64,000 nucleotides of DNA from Bugula neritina (Eukaryota > Animalia > Bryozoa), in contig OZ037766.1 of assembly GCA_964035545.1 (NCBI GenBank), positions 12,266,722-12,330,721 of the forward strand. Reading direction: 5' to 3'. The position numbers were made by a program, and so were the translations under genes. Of this stretch, positions 47,801 to 62,800 are shown in pieces; positions within the stretch are counted from its first letter, which is position 1, and each line of letters starts with the position of its first letter. Below the pieces are notes generated by a model. That model worked only from the letters and a program-made list of their open reading frames with translations, had not been told where the DNA came from and searched no databases.

Positions 47801-50800
47801 CTCGCTGGTCTGATTCTTCAGCAACCGTCTGGTCTGGTTCTTCAGACACTTGCTGGTCGGGTTCATCAGTGGGCGTCTGGTCTGGCTCATCAGCAACCAT
47901 AGGCTTTGCTTCCTCAGCAACAGTCTGGTCTGGTTCTTCAGAAACCGTCTGGTCGAGCTCTTCAGCAACAGTCTGAACTGGTTCTTCAGCCACAGTCTGG
48001 TCTGGTTCTTCAGCAACCGTCAGATCTGCTTCCACAGCAACAGTCTGGTCTGGTTCTTCAGCAACAGTCTGGTCTGGTTCTTCAGCAACAGCCTGGTTTG
48101 ATTCTTCACTAACAATCTGGGTTAGCTCATCAGAAACTAGTTGGTCTGGTGCATCAGTGAGCGTCTGGTCTGCCTCATCAGCAACCATAGGCTCTGGTTC
48201 CTCAGCAACAGTCTGGTGTGGCTCTTCAGAAACCGTCTGGTCTGGTTCTTCCCGAACAGTATAGTCTGGTTCTTCTGCAACAGTCTGGTCTGGCTCTTCA
48301 GCAACAGCCTGCTCTGGTTCTTCAGAAACCGTCTGGTCGGGCTCTTCAGCAACAGTCTGAACTGGTTCTTCAGCCACAGTCTGGTCTGGTTCTTCAGCAA
48401 CCGTCAGATCTGCTTCCACAGCAACAGTCTGGTCTGGTTCTTCAGCAACAGTCTGGTCTGGTTCTTCAGCAACAGCCTGGTTTGATTCTTCACTAACAGT
48501 CTGGGTTAGCTCATCAGAAACTAGATGGTCTGGTGCATCAGTGGGCGTCTGGTCTGCCTCATCAGCAACCATAGGCTCTGGTTCCTCAGCAACAGTCTGG
48601 TGTGGCTCTTCAGAAACCGTCTGGTCTGGTTCTTCCCGAACAGTATAGTCTGCTTCTTCTGCAACAGTCTGGTCTGGCTCTTCAGCAACAGCCTGGTCTG
48701 GTTCTTCAGAAACCGTCTGGTCGGGCTCTTCAGGAACAGTCTGGACTGGTTCTTCAGCCACAGTCTGCTCTGGTTCGTCAGAGACAGGCTGGTCTGGTGA
48801 TTCAACAACTGCTTGGTCTGCATCTTCAGCAGCCATATGCTCTAGCTCTTCAGCAACAGACTGGTCTGGTTTTGCAGAAACTGGCTTGTCTGGTTCTTCA
48901 GCAATGGTTTGGTTTGGCTCATCACCAACAGTTTGGTCTGGCTCTTCAGCAACAGCCTGGTTTGATTCTTCACCAACAGTCTGGGTTGGCTCATCAGAGA
49001 CTAGTTGGTCTGGCTCATCAGTGGGCGTCGGGTCTGCCTCATCAGCAACCATAGGCTCTGTTTCCTCAGCAATAGTCTGGTCTGGTTCTTCAGAGACAGG
49101 TTGGTCCGAAGCTACAGTGACCACAGGCTCACTTTCAACAGCTTCTACAGCTTCAGGTACAAGCTCTTCTTCAGCAGCGACAGAGTCAACAGCGTCTCTG
49201 CCTTCTGCTTTAATGTCGTCAGTTGCAGGTTGTTCAGCATCTGCTTGTTCCCCAGGAACGGGCAGGTCGGCTTCTTCAGCAAGAGCTGAGACTGAATCCT
49301 CGACAATTGGCTGGTCCGGTTCTTCAGCAGCTATTTGGTCTGGCTCCTCAGAGACCTGCTGCTCTGGTTCATCAGTGGGTTTCTGGTCTGGCTCATCAGC
49401 AACAGTCAGATCTGGTTCTTCTGAGACATGCTGGTCTTCTTCAGCAACCGTCTGGTCTGGCTCTTCACCAACAGTATGGTCTGGTTCTTCAGACACTGGC
49501 TGGTCTGATTCTTCAGCAACCGTCTGGTCAGGCTCCTCAGAGACTTGCTGATCTGGTTCATCAGTGGGCGTCTGGTCTGGCTCATCAGCAACCATAGGCT
49601 CTGCTTCCTCAGCAACAGTCGGGTCGGGTTCATCAGGGACAGGTTGGTCCGGTTCCACAGTGACCACAGGCTCACTTTCAACAGCTTCTACAGATTCAGG
49701 TACAAGCTCTTCTTCAGCAGCGACAGAGTCAGCAGCATCTGAATCAACGTTGCAGGCTGGCGGTTGTTCAACATCTGTAGGTTCTTCGGCTGTGGGCTGG
49801 TCCGGGTCCTCACCAGCTGGCTGGTCTGGTTCTTCAGAAACCGTCTGGTCGGGCTCTTCAGCAACAGTCTGAACTGGTTCTTCAGCCAGAATCTGGTCTG
49901 GTTCTTCAGATACTGGCTGGTCGGATTCTTCAGCAACCGTCTGGTCAGGCTCCTCAGAGACTTGCTGGTGGGCTTCATCAGTGGGCGTCTGGTCTGGCTC
50001 ATCAACAACAGTATGGTCTGATTCTTCTGAGACAGGCTGGTCTGGTTCTTCAGAAACCGTCTGGTCGTGCTCTTCAGGAACAGTCTGGACTGGTTCTTCA
50101 GCCACAGTCTGATCTGGTTCCTCAGAGACAGGCTGGTCTGGTGACTCAACAACTGCTTGGTCTGCATCTTCAGCAACAGTCTGGTCTGGTTCTTCAGCAA
50201 CAGCCTGGTTTGATTCTTCACTAACAATCTGGGTTAGCTCATCAGAAACTAGTTGGTCTGGTGCATCAGTGAGCGTCTGGTCTGCCTCATCAGCAACCAT
50301 AGGCTCTGGTTCCTCAGCAACAGTCTGGTGTGGCTCTTCAGAAACCGTCTGGTCTGGTTCTTCCCGAACAGTATAGTCTGGTTCTTCTGCAACAGTCTGG
50401 TCTGGCTCTTCAGCAACAGCCTGCTCTGGTTCTTCAGAAACCGTCTGGTCGGGCTCTTCAGCAACAGTCTGAACTGGTTCTTCAGCCACAGTCTGGTCTG
50501 GTTCTTCAGCAACCGTCAGATCTGCTTCCACAGCAACAGTCTGGTCTGGTTCTTCAGCAACAGTCTGGTCTGGTTCTTCAGCAACAGCCTGGTTTGATTC
50601 TTCACTAACAGTCTGGGTTAGCTCATCAGAAACTAGATGGTCTGGTGCATCAGTGGGCGTCTGGTCTGCCTCATCAGCAACCATAGGCTCTGGTTCCTCA
50701 GCAACAGTCTGGTGTGGCTCTTCAGAAACCGTCTGGTCTGGTTCTTCCCGAACAGTATAGTCTGCTTCTTCTGCAACAGTCTGGTCTGGCTCTTCAGCAA

Positions 50801-53800
50801 CAGCCTGGTCTGGTTCTTCAGAAACCGTCTGGTCGGGCTCTTCAGGAACAGTCTGGACTGGTTCTTCAGCCACAGTCTGCTCTGGTTCGTCAGAGACAGG
50901 CTGGTCTGGTGATTCAACAACTGCTTGGTCTGCATCTTCAGCAGCCATATGCTCTAGCTCTTCAGCAACAGACTGGTCTGGTTTTGCAGAAACTGGCTTG
51001 TCTGGTTCTTCAGCAATGGTTTGGTTTGGCTCATCACCAACAGTTTGGTCTGGCTCTTCAGCAACAGCCTGGTTTGATTCTTCACCAACAGTCTGGGTTG
51101 GCTCATCAGAGACTAGTTGGTCTGGCTCATCAGTGGGCGTCGGGTCTGCCTCATCAGCAACCATAGGCTCTGTTTCCTCAGCAATAGTCTGGTCTGGTTC
51201 TTCAGAGACAGGTTGGTCCGAAGCTACAGTGACCACAGGCTCACTTTCAACAGCTTCTACAGCTTCAGGTACAAGCTCTTCTTCAGCAGCGACAGAGTCA
51301 ACAGCGTCTCTGCCTTCTGCTTTAATGTCGTCAGTTGCAGGTTGTTCAGCATCTGCTTGTTCCCCAGGAACGGGCAGGTCGGCTTCTTCAGCAAGAGCTG
51401 AGACTGAATCCTCGACAATTGGCTGGTCCGGTTCTTCAGCAGCTATTTGGTCTGGCTCCTCAGAGACCTGCTGCTCTGGTTCATCAGTGGGTTTCTGGTC
51501 TGGCTCATCAGCAACAGTCAGATCTGGTTCTTCTGAGACATGCTGGTCTTCTTCAGCAACCGTCTGGTCTGGCTCTTCACCAACAGTATGGTCTGGTTCT
51601 TCAGACACTGGCTGGTCTGATTCTTCAGCAACCGTCTGGTCAGGCTCCTCAGAGACTTGCTGATCTGGTTCATCAGTGGGCGTCTGGTCTGGCTCATCAG
51701 CAACCATAGGCTCTGCTTCCTCAGCAACAGTCGGGTCGGGTTCATCAGGGACAGGTTGGTCCGGTTCCACAGTGACCACAGGCTCACTTTCAACAGCTTC
51801 TACAGATTCAGGTACAAGCTCTTCTTCAGCAGCGACAGAGTCAGCAGCATCTGAATCAACGTTGCAGGCTGGCGGTTGTTCAACATCTGTAGGTTCTTCG
51901 GCTGTGGGCTGGTCCGGGTCCTCACCAGCTGGCTGGTCTGGTTCTTCAGAAACCGTCTGGTCGGGCTCTTCAGCAACAGTCTGAACTGGTTCTTCAGCCA
52001 GAATCTGGTCTGGTTCTTCAGATACTGGCTGGTCGGATTCTTCAGCAACCGTCTGGTCAGGCTCCTCAGAGACTTGCTGGTGGGCTTCATCAGTGGGCGT
52101 CTGGTCTGGCTCATCAACAACAGTATGGTCTGATTCTTCTGAGACAGGCTGGTCTGGTTCTTCAGAAACCGTCTGGTCGTGCTCTTCAGGAACAGTCTGG
52201 ACTGGTTCTTCAGCCACAGTCTGATCTGGTTCCTCAGAGACAGGCTGGTCTGGTGACTCAACAACTGCTTGGTCTGCATCTTCCGCAGCCATCTGCTCTG
52301 GCTCTTCAGCAACAGACGGGTCTGGTTTTGCAGAAACTGGCTTGTCTGATTCTTCAGCAATGGTCTTGTCTGGCTCCTCACCAACAGTCTGGTCTGGTTC
52401 TTCAGCAACAGCCTGGCTCGATTCTTCACCAACAGTCTGGGTTGGGTCATCAGAGACTAGTTGGTCTGGTTCATCAGTGGGCGTCTGGTCTGCCTCATCA
52501 GCAACCATAGGCTCTGTTTCCTTAGCAACAGTCTGGTCTGGTTCTTCAGAGACAGGTTGGTCCGGTTCTACAGTGACCACAGGCTCACTTTCAACAGCTT
52601 CTACAGCTTCAGGTACAAGCTCTTCTTCAGCAGCGACAGAGTCAGCTACGTCTCCGATTTCTGCTTTAATGTCGTCAGTTGCAGGTTGTTCAGCATCTGC
52701 TTGTTCCCCAGGAACGGGCAGGTCGGCTTCTTCAGGAAGAGCGGAGACTGAATCCTCAACAACTGGCTGGTCCGGTTCTTCAGCAGTTATCTGGTCTGGC
52801 TCCTCAGAGACTTGCTGGTCTGGTTCATCAGTGGGCGTCGGGTCTGCCTCATCAGCAACCATAAGCTCTGTTTCCTCAGCAACAGTCTGGTCTGGTTCGT
52901 CAGAGACAGGTTGGTCCGGTTCCAGAGTGACCACAGGCTCACTTTCAACAGCTTCTACAGCTTCAAGTACAAGCTTTTCTTCAGCAGCGACAGAGTCAGT
53001 AGCGTCTGAATCAACGTCGCAGGCTGGAGGTTGTTCAACATCTGTAGGTTTTTCGGCTACGAACTGGTCCGGGTCTTCACCAGCTGGCTGGTCTGGTTCT
53101 TCAGAAACCGTCTGGTCAGGCTCTTCAGCAACAGTCTGGACTGGTTCTTCAGCCAGAATCCGGTCTGGTTCTTCAGATACTGGCTGGTCTGATTCTTCAG
53201 CAACAGTAGGGTCAGGCTCATCAGACACCTGCTGGTCGGGTTCATCAGTGGGCGTCTGGTCTGGCTCATCAGCAACCATAGGCTTTGCTTCCTCAGCAAC
53301 AGTCTGATCTGGTTCTTCAGAAACCGTCTGGTCGGGCTCTTCAGCAACAGTCTGAACTGGTTCTTCAGCCACAGTCTGGTCTGTTTCTTCAGCAACCGTC
53401 AGATCTGCTTCCACAGCAACAGTCTGGTCTGGTTCTTCAGCAACAGTCTGGTCTGGCTCTTCAGCAACAGCCTGGTCTGGTTCTTCAGAAACCGTCTGGT
53501 CGGGCTCTTCAGGAACAGTCTGGACTGGTTCTTCAGCCACAGTCTGCTCTGGTTCCTCAGAGACAGGCTGGTCTGGTGTATCAACAACTGCTTGGTCTGC
53601 ATCTTCAGCAGCCATCTGCTCTAGCTCTTCAGCAACAGACTGGTCTGGTTTTGCAGAAACTGGCTTGTCTGGTTCTTCAGCAATGGTCTGGTTTGGCTCC
53701 TCACCAACAGTTTGGTCTGGCTCTTCAGCAACAGCCTGGTTTGATTCTTCACCAACAGTCTGGGTTGGCTCATCAGAGACTAGTTGGTCTGGCTCATCAG

Positions 53801-56800
53801 TGGGCGTCGGGTCTGCCTCATCAGCAACCATAGGCTCTGTTTCCTCAGCAATAGTCTGGTCTGGTTCTTCAGAGACAGGTTGGTCCGAAGCTACAGTGAC
53901 CACAGGCTCACTTTCAACAGCTTCTACAGCTTCAGGTACAAGCTCTTCTTCAGCAGCGACAGAGTCAACATCGTCTCTGTCTTCTGCTTTAATGTCGTCA
54001 GTTGCAGGTTGTACAGCATCTGCTTGTTCCCCAGGAACGGGCAGGTCGGCTTCTTCAGCAAGAGCTAAGACTGAATCCTCGACAATTGGCTGGTCCGGTT
54101 CTTCAGCAGCTATTTGGTCTGGCTCCTCAGAGACCTGCTGCTCTGGTTCATCAGTGGGTTTCTGGTCTGGCTCATCAGCAACAGTCAGATCTGGTTCCTC
54201 TGAGACAGGCTGGTCTTCTTCAGAAACCGTCTGGTCTGGATCTTCACCAACAGTATGGTCTGGTTCTTCAGACACTGGCTGGTCTGATTCTTCAGCAACC
54301 GTCTGGTCAGGCTCCTCAGAGACTTGCTGGTCTGGTTCATCAGTGGGCGTCTGGTCTGGCTCATCAGCAACCATGGGCTCTGCTTCCTCAGCAACAGTCG
54401 GGTCGGGTTCTTCAGGGACAGGTTGGTCCGGGTACACAGTGACTACAGGCTCACTTTCAACGGTTTTTACAGCTTCAGGTACAAGCTTTTCTTCAGCAGC
54501 GACAGAGTCAGCAGCATCTGAATCAACGTTGCAGGCTGGCGGTTGCTCAACATCTGTAGGCTCTTCGGCTGTGGGCTGGTCCGGGTCCTCACCAGCTGGC
54601 TGGTCTGGTTCTTCAGAAACCGTCTGGTCGGGCTCTTCAGCAACAGTCTGGACTGGTTCTTCAGCCACAGTCTGGTCTGGTTCTTCAGAGACAGGTTGGT
54701 CCGGTTCTACAGTGACTACAGGCTCACTTTCAACAGCTTCTATAGCTTCAGGTACAAGCTCTTCTTCAGCAGCGACAGAGTCAGCAGCGCCTCTGATTTC
54801 TGCTTTAATGTCGTCAGTTGCAGGTTGTTCAGCATCTGCTTGTTCCCCAGGAACGGGCAGGTCGGCTTCTTTAGCAAGAGCGGAGACTGACTCCTCAACT
54901 ACTGGCTGGTCTGGTTCTTCAGCAGCTGTCTGGTCTGGCTCCTCAGAGACTTGCTGGTCTGAGTCATCAGTGGGTATCTGATCTGGCTCATCAACAACCG
55001 TCTGGTCTGGTTCTTCAGAAACCATCTGGTCTGGTTCGTCGCCAACAGTATAGTCTGGTTCTTCAGCATCATGCTGGTCTTCTTCAGCAACAGCCTGGTC
55101 TGGTTCTTCAGAGACAGTTTGGTCCGGTTCCACAGTGACCACAGGCTCGCTTTCAACAGCTTCTACAGCTTCAGGTACAAGCTCTTCTTCAGCAGCGACA
55201 GAGTCAGCAGCATCTGAATCAACGTTGCAGGCTGGCGGTTGTTCAACATCTGTAGGTTCTTCGGCTGTGGGCTGGTCCGGGTCCTCACCAGCTGGCTGGT
55301 CTGGTTCTTCAGAAATCGTCTGGTTGGGCTCTTCAGCAACAGTCTGAACTGGTTCTTCAGCCAGAATCTGGTCTGGTTCTTCAGATATTGGCTGGTCTGA
55401 TTCTTCAGCAACCGTCTGGTCCGGCTCCTCAGAGACTTGCTTGTGGGCTTCATCAGTGGGCGTCTGGTCTGGTTCTTCACCAACAGTATAATCTGGTTCT
55501 TCTGAGACAGGCTGATTTTCTTCAGCAACCGTCTGGTCTTGTTCTTCAGAAACCGTCTGGTCTGGCTCTTCACCAACAGAATGGTCTGGTTCTTCAGACA
55601 CTGGCTGGTCTGATTCTTCAGCAACCGTCTGGTCAGGCTCCTCAGAGACTTGCTGGTGGGCTTCATCAGTGGGCGTCTGGTCTGGCTCATCAACAACAGT
55701 ATGGTCTGATTCTTCTGAGACAGGCTGGTCTGGTTCTTCAGAAACCGTCTGGTCGGGCTCTTCAGGAACAGTCTGGACTGGTTCTTCAGCCACAGTCTGG
55801 TCAGGCTCTTCAGCAACAGTCTGGACTGGTTCTTCAGCCACAGTCTGATCTGGTTCCTCAGAGACAGGCTGGTCTGGTGACTCAACAACTGCTTGGTCTG
55901 CATCTTCCGCAGCCATCTGCTCTGGCTCTTCAGCAACAGACTGGTCTGGTTTTGCAGAAACTGGCTTGTCTGGTTCTTCAGCAATGGTCTTGTCTGGCTC
56001 CTCACCAACAGTCTGGTCTGGTTCTTCAGCAACAGCCTGGTTCGATTCTTCACCAACAGTCTGGGTTGGGTCATCAGAGACTAGTTGGTCTGGTTCATCA
56101 GTGGGCGTCTGGTCTGCCTCATCAGCAACCATAGGCTCTGTTTCCTTAGCAACAGTCTGGTCTGGTTCTTCAGAGACAGGTTGGTCCGGTTCTACAGTGA
56201 CCACAGGCTCACTTTCAACAGCTTCTACAGCTTCAGGTACAAGCTCTTCTTCAGCAGCGACAGAGTCAGCTACGTCTCCGATTTCTGCTTTAATGTCGTC
56301 AGTTGCAGGTTGTTCAGCATCTGCTTGTTCCCCAGGAACAGGCAGGTCGGCTTCTTCAGCAAGAGAGGAGACTGAATCCTCAACAACTGGTTGGTCCGGT
56401 TCTTCAACAGTTATCTGGTCTGGCTCCTCAGAGACTTGCTGGTCTGGTTCATCAGTGGGCGTCGGGTCTGCCTCATCAGCAACCATAGGCTCTGTTTCCT
56501 CAGCAACAGTCTGGTCTGGTTCGTCAGAGACAGGTTGGTCCGGTTCCACAGTGACCACAGGCTCACTTTCAACAGCTTCTACAGCTTCAGGTACAAGCTT
56601 TTCTTCAGCAGCGACAGAGTCAGTAGCGTCTGAATCAACGTCGCAGGCTGGAGGTTGTTCCACATCTGTAGGTTCTTCGGCTACGAGCTGGTCCGGGTCC
56701 TCACCAGCTGGCTGGTCGGGCTCTTCAGCAACAGTCTGAACTGGTTCTTCAGCCAGAATCTGGTCTGGTTCTTCAGATACTGGCTGGTCTGATTCTTCAG

Positions 56801-59800
56801 CAACCTTCTGGTCAGGCTCCTCAGAGACGTGCTGGTGGGCTTCATCAGTGGGCGTCTGGTCTGGCTCATCAACAACAGTATGGTCTGATTCTTCTGAGAC
56901 AGGTTGGTCTGGTTCTTCAGAAACCGTCTGGTCGGGCTCTTCAGCAACAGTCTGAACTGGTTCTTCAGCCACAGTCTGGTCTGGTTCTTCAGCAACCGTC
57001 AGATCTGCTTCCACAGCAACAGTCTGGTCTGGTTCTTCAGCAACAGCCTGGTTTGATTCTTCACTAACAGTCTGGGTTAGCTCATCAGAAACTAGTTGGT
57101 CTGGTGCATCAGTGGGCGTCTGGTCTGCCTCATCAGCAACCACAGGCTCTGGTTCCTCAGCAACAGTCTGGTCTGGTTCTTCAGAAACCGTCTGGTCGGG
57201 CTCTTCAGCAACAGTCTGGACTGGTTCTTCAGCCAGAATCCGGTCTGGTTCTTCAGATACTGGCTGGTCTGATTCTTCAGCAACAGTCGGGTCAGGCTCC
57301 TCAGACACTTGCTGGTCGGGTTCATCAGTGGGCGTCTGGTCTGGCTCATCAACAACCATCGGGTCTGCTTCCCCAGCAACCGTCTGGTCTGGTTCTTCAG
57401 CAGCCGTCTGGTCTGGTTCTTCACCAACAGTACGGTCTGGTTCTTCACCAACAGTATGGTCTTCTTCTGCAACAGCCTGGTCTGGCTTTTCAGCAACAGT
57501 CTGGTCTGGTTCTTCGGAGACCGTCTGGTCAGGCTCTTCAGCAACAGTCTGAACTGGTTCTTCAGCCACAGTCTGGTCTGGTTCTTCAGCAACTGTCTGG
57601 TCTGGTTCTTCACCAACAGTATAGTCTGGTTTTTCTGAGACAGGCTGGTTTTCTTCTGCAACAGTCTGGTCTGGCTCTTCAGCAACAGCCTGGTCTGGTT
57701 CTTCAGAAACCGTCTGGTCGGGCTCTTCAGCAACAGTCTGGACTGGTTCTTCAGCCACAGTCTGATCTGGTTCCTCAGAGACAGGCTGGTCTGGTGACTC
57801 AACAACTGCTTGGTCTGCATCTTCCGCAGCCATCTGCTCTGGCTCTTCAGCAACAGACTGGTCTGGTTTTGCAGAAACTGGCTTGTCTGGTTCTTCAGCA
57901 ATGGTCTTGTCTGGCTCCTCACCAACAGTCTGGTCTGGTTCTTCAGCAACAGCCTGGTTCGATTCTTCACCAACAGTCTGGGTTGGGTCATCAGAGACTA
58001 GTTGGTCTGGTTCATCAGTGGGCGTCTGGTCTGCCTCATCAGCAACCATAGGCTCTGTTTCCTTAGCAACAGTCTGGTCTGGTTCTTCAGAGACAGGTTG
58101 GTCCGGTTCTACAGTGACCACAGGCTCACTTTCAACAGCTTCTACAGCTTCAGGTACAAGCTCTTCTTCAGCAGCGACAGAGTCAGCTACGTCTCCGATT
58201 TCTGCTTTAATGTCGTCAGTTGCAGGTTGTTCAGCATCTGCTTGTTCCCCAGGAACAGGCAGGTCGGCTTCTTCAGCAAGAGAGGAGACTGAATCCTCAA
58301 CAACTGGCTGGTCCGGTTCTTCAACAGTTATCTGGTCTGGCTCCTCAGAGACTTGCTGGTCTGGTTCATCAGTGGGCGTCGGGTCTGCCTCATCAGCAAC
58401 CATAGGCTCTGTTTCCTCAGCAACAGTCTGGTCTGGTTCGTCAGAGACAGGTTGGTCCGGTTCCACAGTGACCACAGGCTCACTTTCAACAGCTTCTACA
58501 GCTTCAGGTACAAGCTTTTCTTCAGCAGCGACAGAGTCAGTAGCGTCTGAATCAACGTCGCAGGCTGGAGGTTGTTCCACATCTGTAGGTTCTTCGGCTA
58601 CGACCTGGTCCGGGTCCTCACCAGCTGGCTGGTCGGGCTCTTCAGCAACAGTCTGAACTGGTTCTTCAGCCAGAATCTGGTCTGGTTCTTCAGATACTGG
58701 CTGGTCTGATTCTTCAGCAACCTTCTGGTCAGGCTCCTCAGAGACGTGCTGGTGGGCTTCATCAGTGGGCGTCTGGTCTGGCTCATCAACAACAGTATGG
58801 TCTGATTCTTCTGAGACAGGTTGGTCTGGTTCTTCAGAAACCGTCTGGTCGGGCTCTTCAGCAACAGTCTGAACTGGTTCTTCAGCCACAGTCTGGTCTG
58901 GTTCTTCAGCAACCGTCAGATCTGCTTCCACAGCAACAGTCTGGTCTGGTTCTTCAGCAACAGCCTGGTTTGATTCTTCACTAACAGTCTGGGTTAGCTC
59001 ATCAGAAACTAGTTGGTCTGGTGCATCAGTGGGCGTCTGGTCTGTCTCATCAGCAACCACAGGCTCTGGTTCCTCAGCAACAGTCTGGTCTGGTTCTTCA
59101 GAAACCGTCTGGTCGGGCTCTTCAGCAACAGTCTGGACTGGTTCTTCAGCCAGAATCCGGTCTGGTTCTTCAGATACTGGCTGGTCTGATTCTTCAGCAA
59201 CAGTCGGGTCAGGCTCTTCAGACACTTGCTGGTCGGGTTCATCAGTGGGCGTCTGGTCTGGCTCATCAACAACCATCGGGTCTGCTTCCCCAGCAACCGT
59301 CTGGTCTGGTTCTTCAGCAGCCGTCTGGTCTGGTTCTTCACCAACAGTACGGTCTGGTTCTTCACCAACAGTATGGTCTTCTTCTGCAACAGCCTGGTCT
59401 GGCTTTTCAGCAACAGTCTGGTCTGGTTCTTCGGAGACCGTCTGGTCAGGCTCTTCAGCAACAGTCTGAACTGGTTCTTCAGCCACAGTCTGGTCTGGTT
59501 CTTCAGCAACTGTCTGGTCTGGTTCTTCACCAACAGTATAGTCTGGTTTTTCTGAGACAGGCTGGTTTTCTTCTGCAACAGTCTGGTCTGGCTCTTCAGC
59601 AACAGCCTGGTCTGGTTCTTCAGAAACCGTCTGGTCGGGCTCTTCAGGAACAGTCTGGACTGGTTCTTCAGCCACAGTCTGCTCTGGTTCCTCAGAGACA
59701 AGCTGGTCTGGTGACTCAACAACTGCTCGGTCTGCATCTTCAGCAGCCATCTGCTCTGGCTCTTCAGCAACAGACTGGTCTGGTTTTGCAGAAACTGGCT

Positions 59801-62800
59801 TGTCTGGTTCTTCAGCAATGGTCTGGTCTGGCTCCTCACCAACAGTCTGGTCTGGCTCTTCAGCAACAGCCTGGTTTGATTCTTCACCAACAGTATGGGT
59901 TGGCTCATTAGAGACTAGTTGGTCTGGTTCATCAGTGGGCGTCCGGTCTGCCTCATCAGCAACCATAGGCTCTGTTTCCTCAGCAACAGTCTGGTCTGGT
60001 TCTTCAGAGACAGGTTGGTCTGGTTCTACAGTGACCACAGGCTCACTTTCAACAGCTTCTACAGCTTCAGGTACAAGCTTTTCTTCAGCAGCGACAGAGT
60101 CAGCAGCGTCTCTGATTTCTGCTTTAATGTCGTCAGTTGCAGGTTGTTCAGCATCTGCTTGTTCCCCAGGAACGGGCAGGTCGGCTTCTTCAGCAAGAGT
60201 GGAGACTGAATCCTCAACAACTGGCTGGTCCGGTTCTTCAGCAGCTATCTGGTCTGGCTCCTCAGAGACCTGCTGCTCTGGTTCATCAGTGGGTATCTGG
60301 TCTGGCTCATCAGCAACAGTCAGATCTGGTTCTTCTGAGACAGGCTGGTCTTTTTCAGCAACCGTCTGGTCTGGTTCTTCAGAAACCGTCTGGTCTGGCT
60401 CTTCACCAACAGTATGGTCTGGTTCTTCAGACACTGGCTGGTCTGATTCTTCAGCAACCGTCTGGTCAGGCTCCTCAGAGACTTGCTGGTGGGCTTCATC
60501 AGTGGGCGTCTGGTCTGGCTCATCAATAACAGTATGGTCTGATTCTTCTGAGACAGGCTGATCTGGTTCTTCAGAAACCGTCTGCTCGGGCTCTTCAGGA
60601 ACAGTCTGGACTGGTTCTTCAGCCACAGTCTGCTCCGGCAGGTCGACTTCTTCAGCAAGAGCGGAGACTGAATCCTCAACAACTGGCTGGTCCGGTTCTT
60701 CAGCAGCTATCTGGTCTGGCTCCTCAGAGACTTGCTGCTCTGGTTCATCAGTGGGCATCTGGTCTGGCTCATCAGCAACAGTCAGATCTGGTTCTTCTGA
60801 GACAGGCTGGTCTTCTTCAGCAACGGTCTGGTCTGGTTCTTCAGAAACCGTCCGGTCTGGTTCTTCAGACACTGGCTGGTCTGGTTCTTCAGACACTGGC
60901 TGGTCTGATTCTTCAGCAACTGTCTGGTCAGGCTTCTCAGAGACTTGCTGGTCTGGTTCATCAGTGGGCGTCTGGTCTGGCTCATCAGCAACCATAGGCT
61001 CTGCTTCCTCAGCAACAGCCTGGTTCGATTCTTCACCAACAGTCTGGGTTGGGTCATCAGAGACTAGTTGGTGTGGTTCATCAGTGGGCGTCTGGTCTGC
61101 CTCATCAGCAACCATAGGCTCTGTTTCCTTAGCAACAGTCTGGTCTGGTTCTTCAGAGACAGGTTGGTCCGGTTCTACAGTGACCACAGGCTCACTTTCA
61201 ACAGCTTCTACAGCTTCAGGTACAAGCTCTTCTTCAGCAGCGACAGAGTCAGCTACGTCTCCGATTTCTGCTTTAATGTCGTCAGTTGCAGGTTGTTCAG
61301 CATCTGCTTGTTCCCCAGGAACGGGCAGGTCGGCTTCTTCAGGAAGAGCGGAGACTGAATCCTCAACAACTGGCTGGTCCGGTTCTTCAGCAGTTATCTG
61401 GTCTGGCTCCTCAGAGACTTGCTGGTCTGGTTCATCAGTGGGCGTCGGGTCTGCCTCATCAGCATCCATAGGCTCTGTTTCCTCAGCAACAGTCTGGTCT
61501 GGTTTGTCAGAGACAGGTTGGTCCGGTTCCACAGCGACCACAGGCTCACTTTCAACAGCTTCTACAGCTTCAGGTACAAGCTTTTCTTCAGCAGCGACAG
61601 AGTCAGTAGCGTCTGAATCAACGTTGCAGGCTGAAGGTTGTTCCACATCTGTAGGTTCTTCGGCTACGAGCTGGTCCGGGTCCTCACCAGCTGGCTGGTC
61701 TGGTTCTTCAGAACCCGTCTGGTCGGGCTCTTCTGCAACAGTCTGGACTGGTGCTTCAGCCACAGTCTGCTCCGGCAGGTCGACTTCTTCAGCAAGAGCG
61801 GAGACTGAATCCTCAACAACTGGCTGGTCCGGTTCTTCAGCAGCTATCTGGTCTGGCTCCTCAGAGACTTGCTGGACTGGTTCATCAGTGGGCATCTGGT
61901 CTGGCTCATCAGCAACAGTCAGATCTGGTTCTTCTGAGACAGCCTGGTCTTCTTCAGCAACCGTCTGGTCTTGTTCTTCAGAAACCGTCCGGTCTGGTTC
62001 TTCAGACACTGGCTGGTCTGGTTCTTCAGACACTGGCTGGTCTGATTCTTCAGCAACTGTCTGGTCAGGCTTCTCAGAGACTTTCTGGTCTGGTTCATCA
62101 GTGGGCGTCTGGTCTGGCTCATCAGCAACCATAGGCTCTGCTTCCTCAGCAACAGTCTGGTCTGGTTCTTCAGACACTGGCTGGTCTGATTCTTCAGCAA
62201 CTGTCTGGTCAGGCTTCTCAGAGACTTTCTGGTCTGGTTCATCAGTGGGCGTCTGGTCTGGCTCATCAGCAACCATAGGCTCTGCTTCCCCAGCAACAGT
62301 CTGGTCGGGTTGTTCAGGGACAGGTTGGTCCGGTTCCTCAGTGACCACAGGCTCACTTTCAACAGCTTCTACAGCTTCTACAGCTTCAGGTACAAGCTCT
62401 TTTTCAGCAACAACAGATTCAGTAGCGTCTGAATCAACGTCGCAGGCTGGAGGTTGTTCAACATCTGTAGGTTCTTCAGCTTCGAGCTGGTCCGGGTCCT
62501 CACCAGCTGGCTGGTCTGGTTCTTCAGAAACCGTCTGGTCGGGCTCTTCAGCAACAGTCTGGACTGGTTCTTCAGCCAGAATCTGGTCTGATTCTTCAGT
62601 TACTGGCTGGTCTGATTCTTCAGCAACCGTCTGGTCAGGCTCCTCAGAGACTTGCTGGTGGGCTTCATCAGTGGGCGTCTGGTCTGGCTCATCAACAACC
62701 ATCGGGTCTGCTTCCTCAGAAACCGTCTGGTCTGGCTCTTCACCAACAGTATGGTCTGGTTCTTCTAAGACAGGCTGGTCTTCTTTTGTAACAGTCTGGT

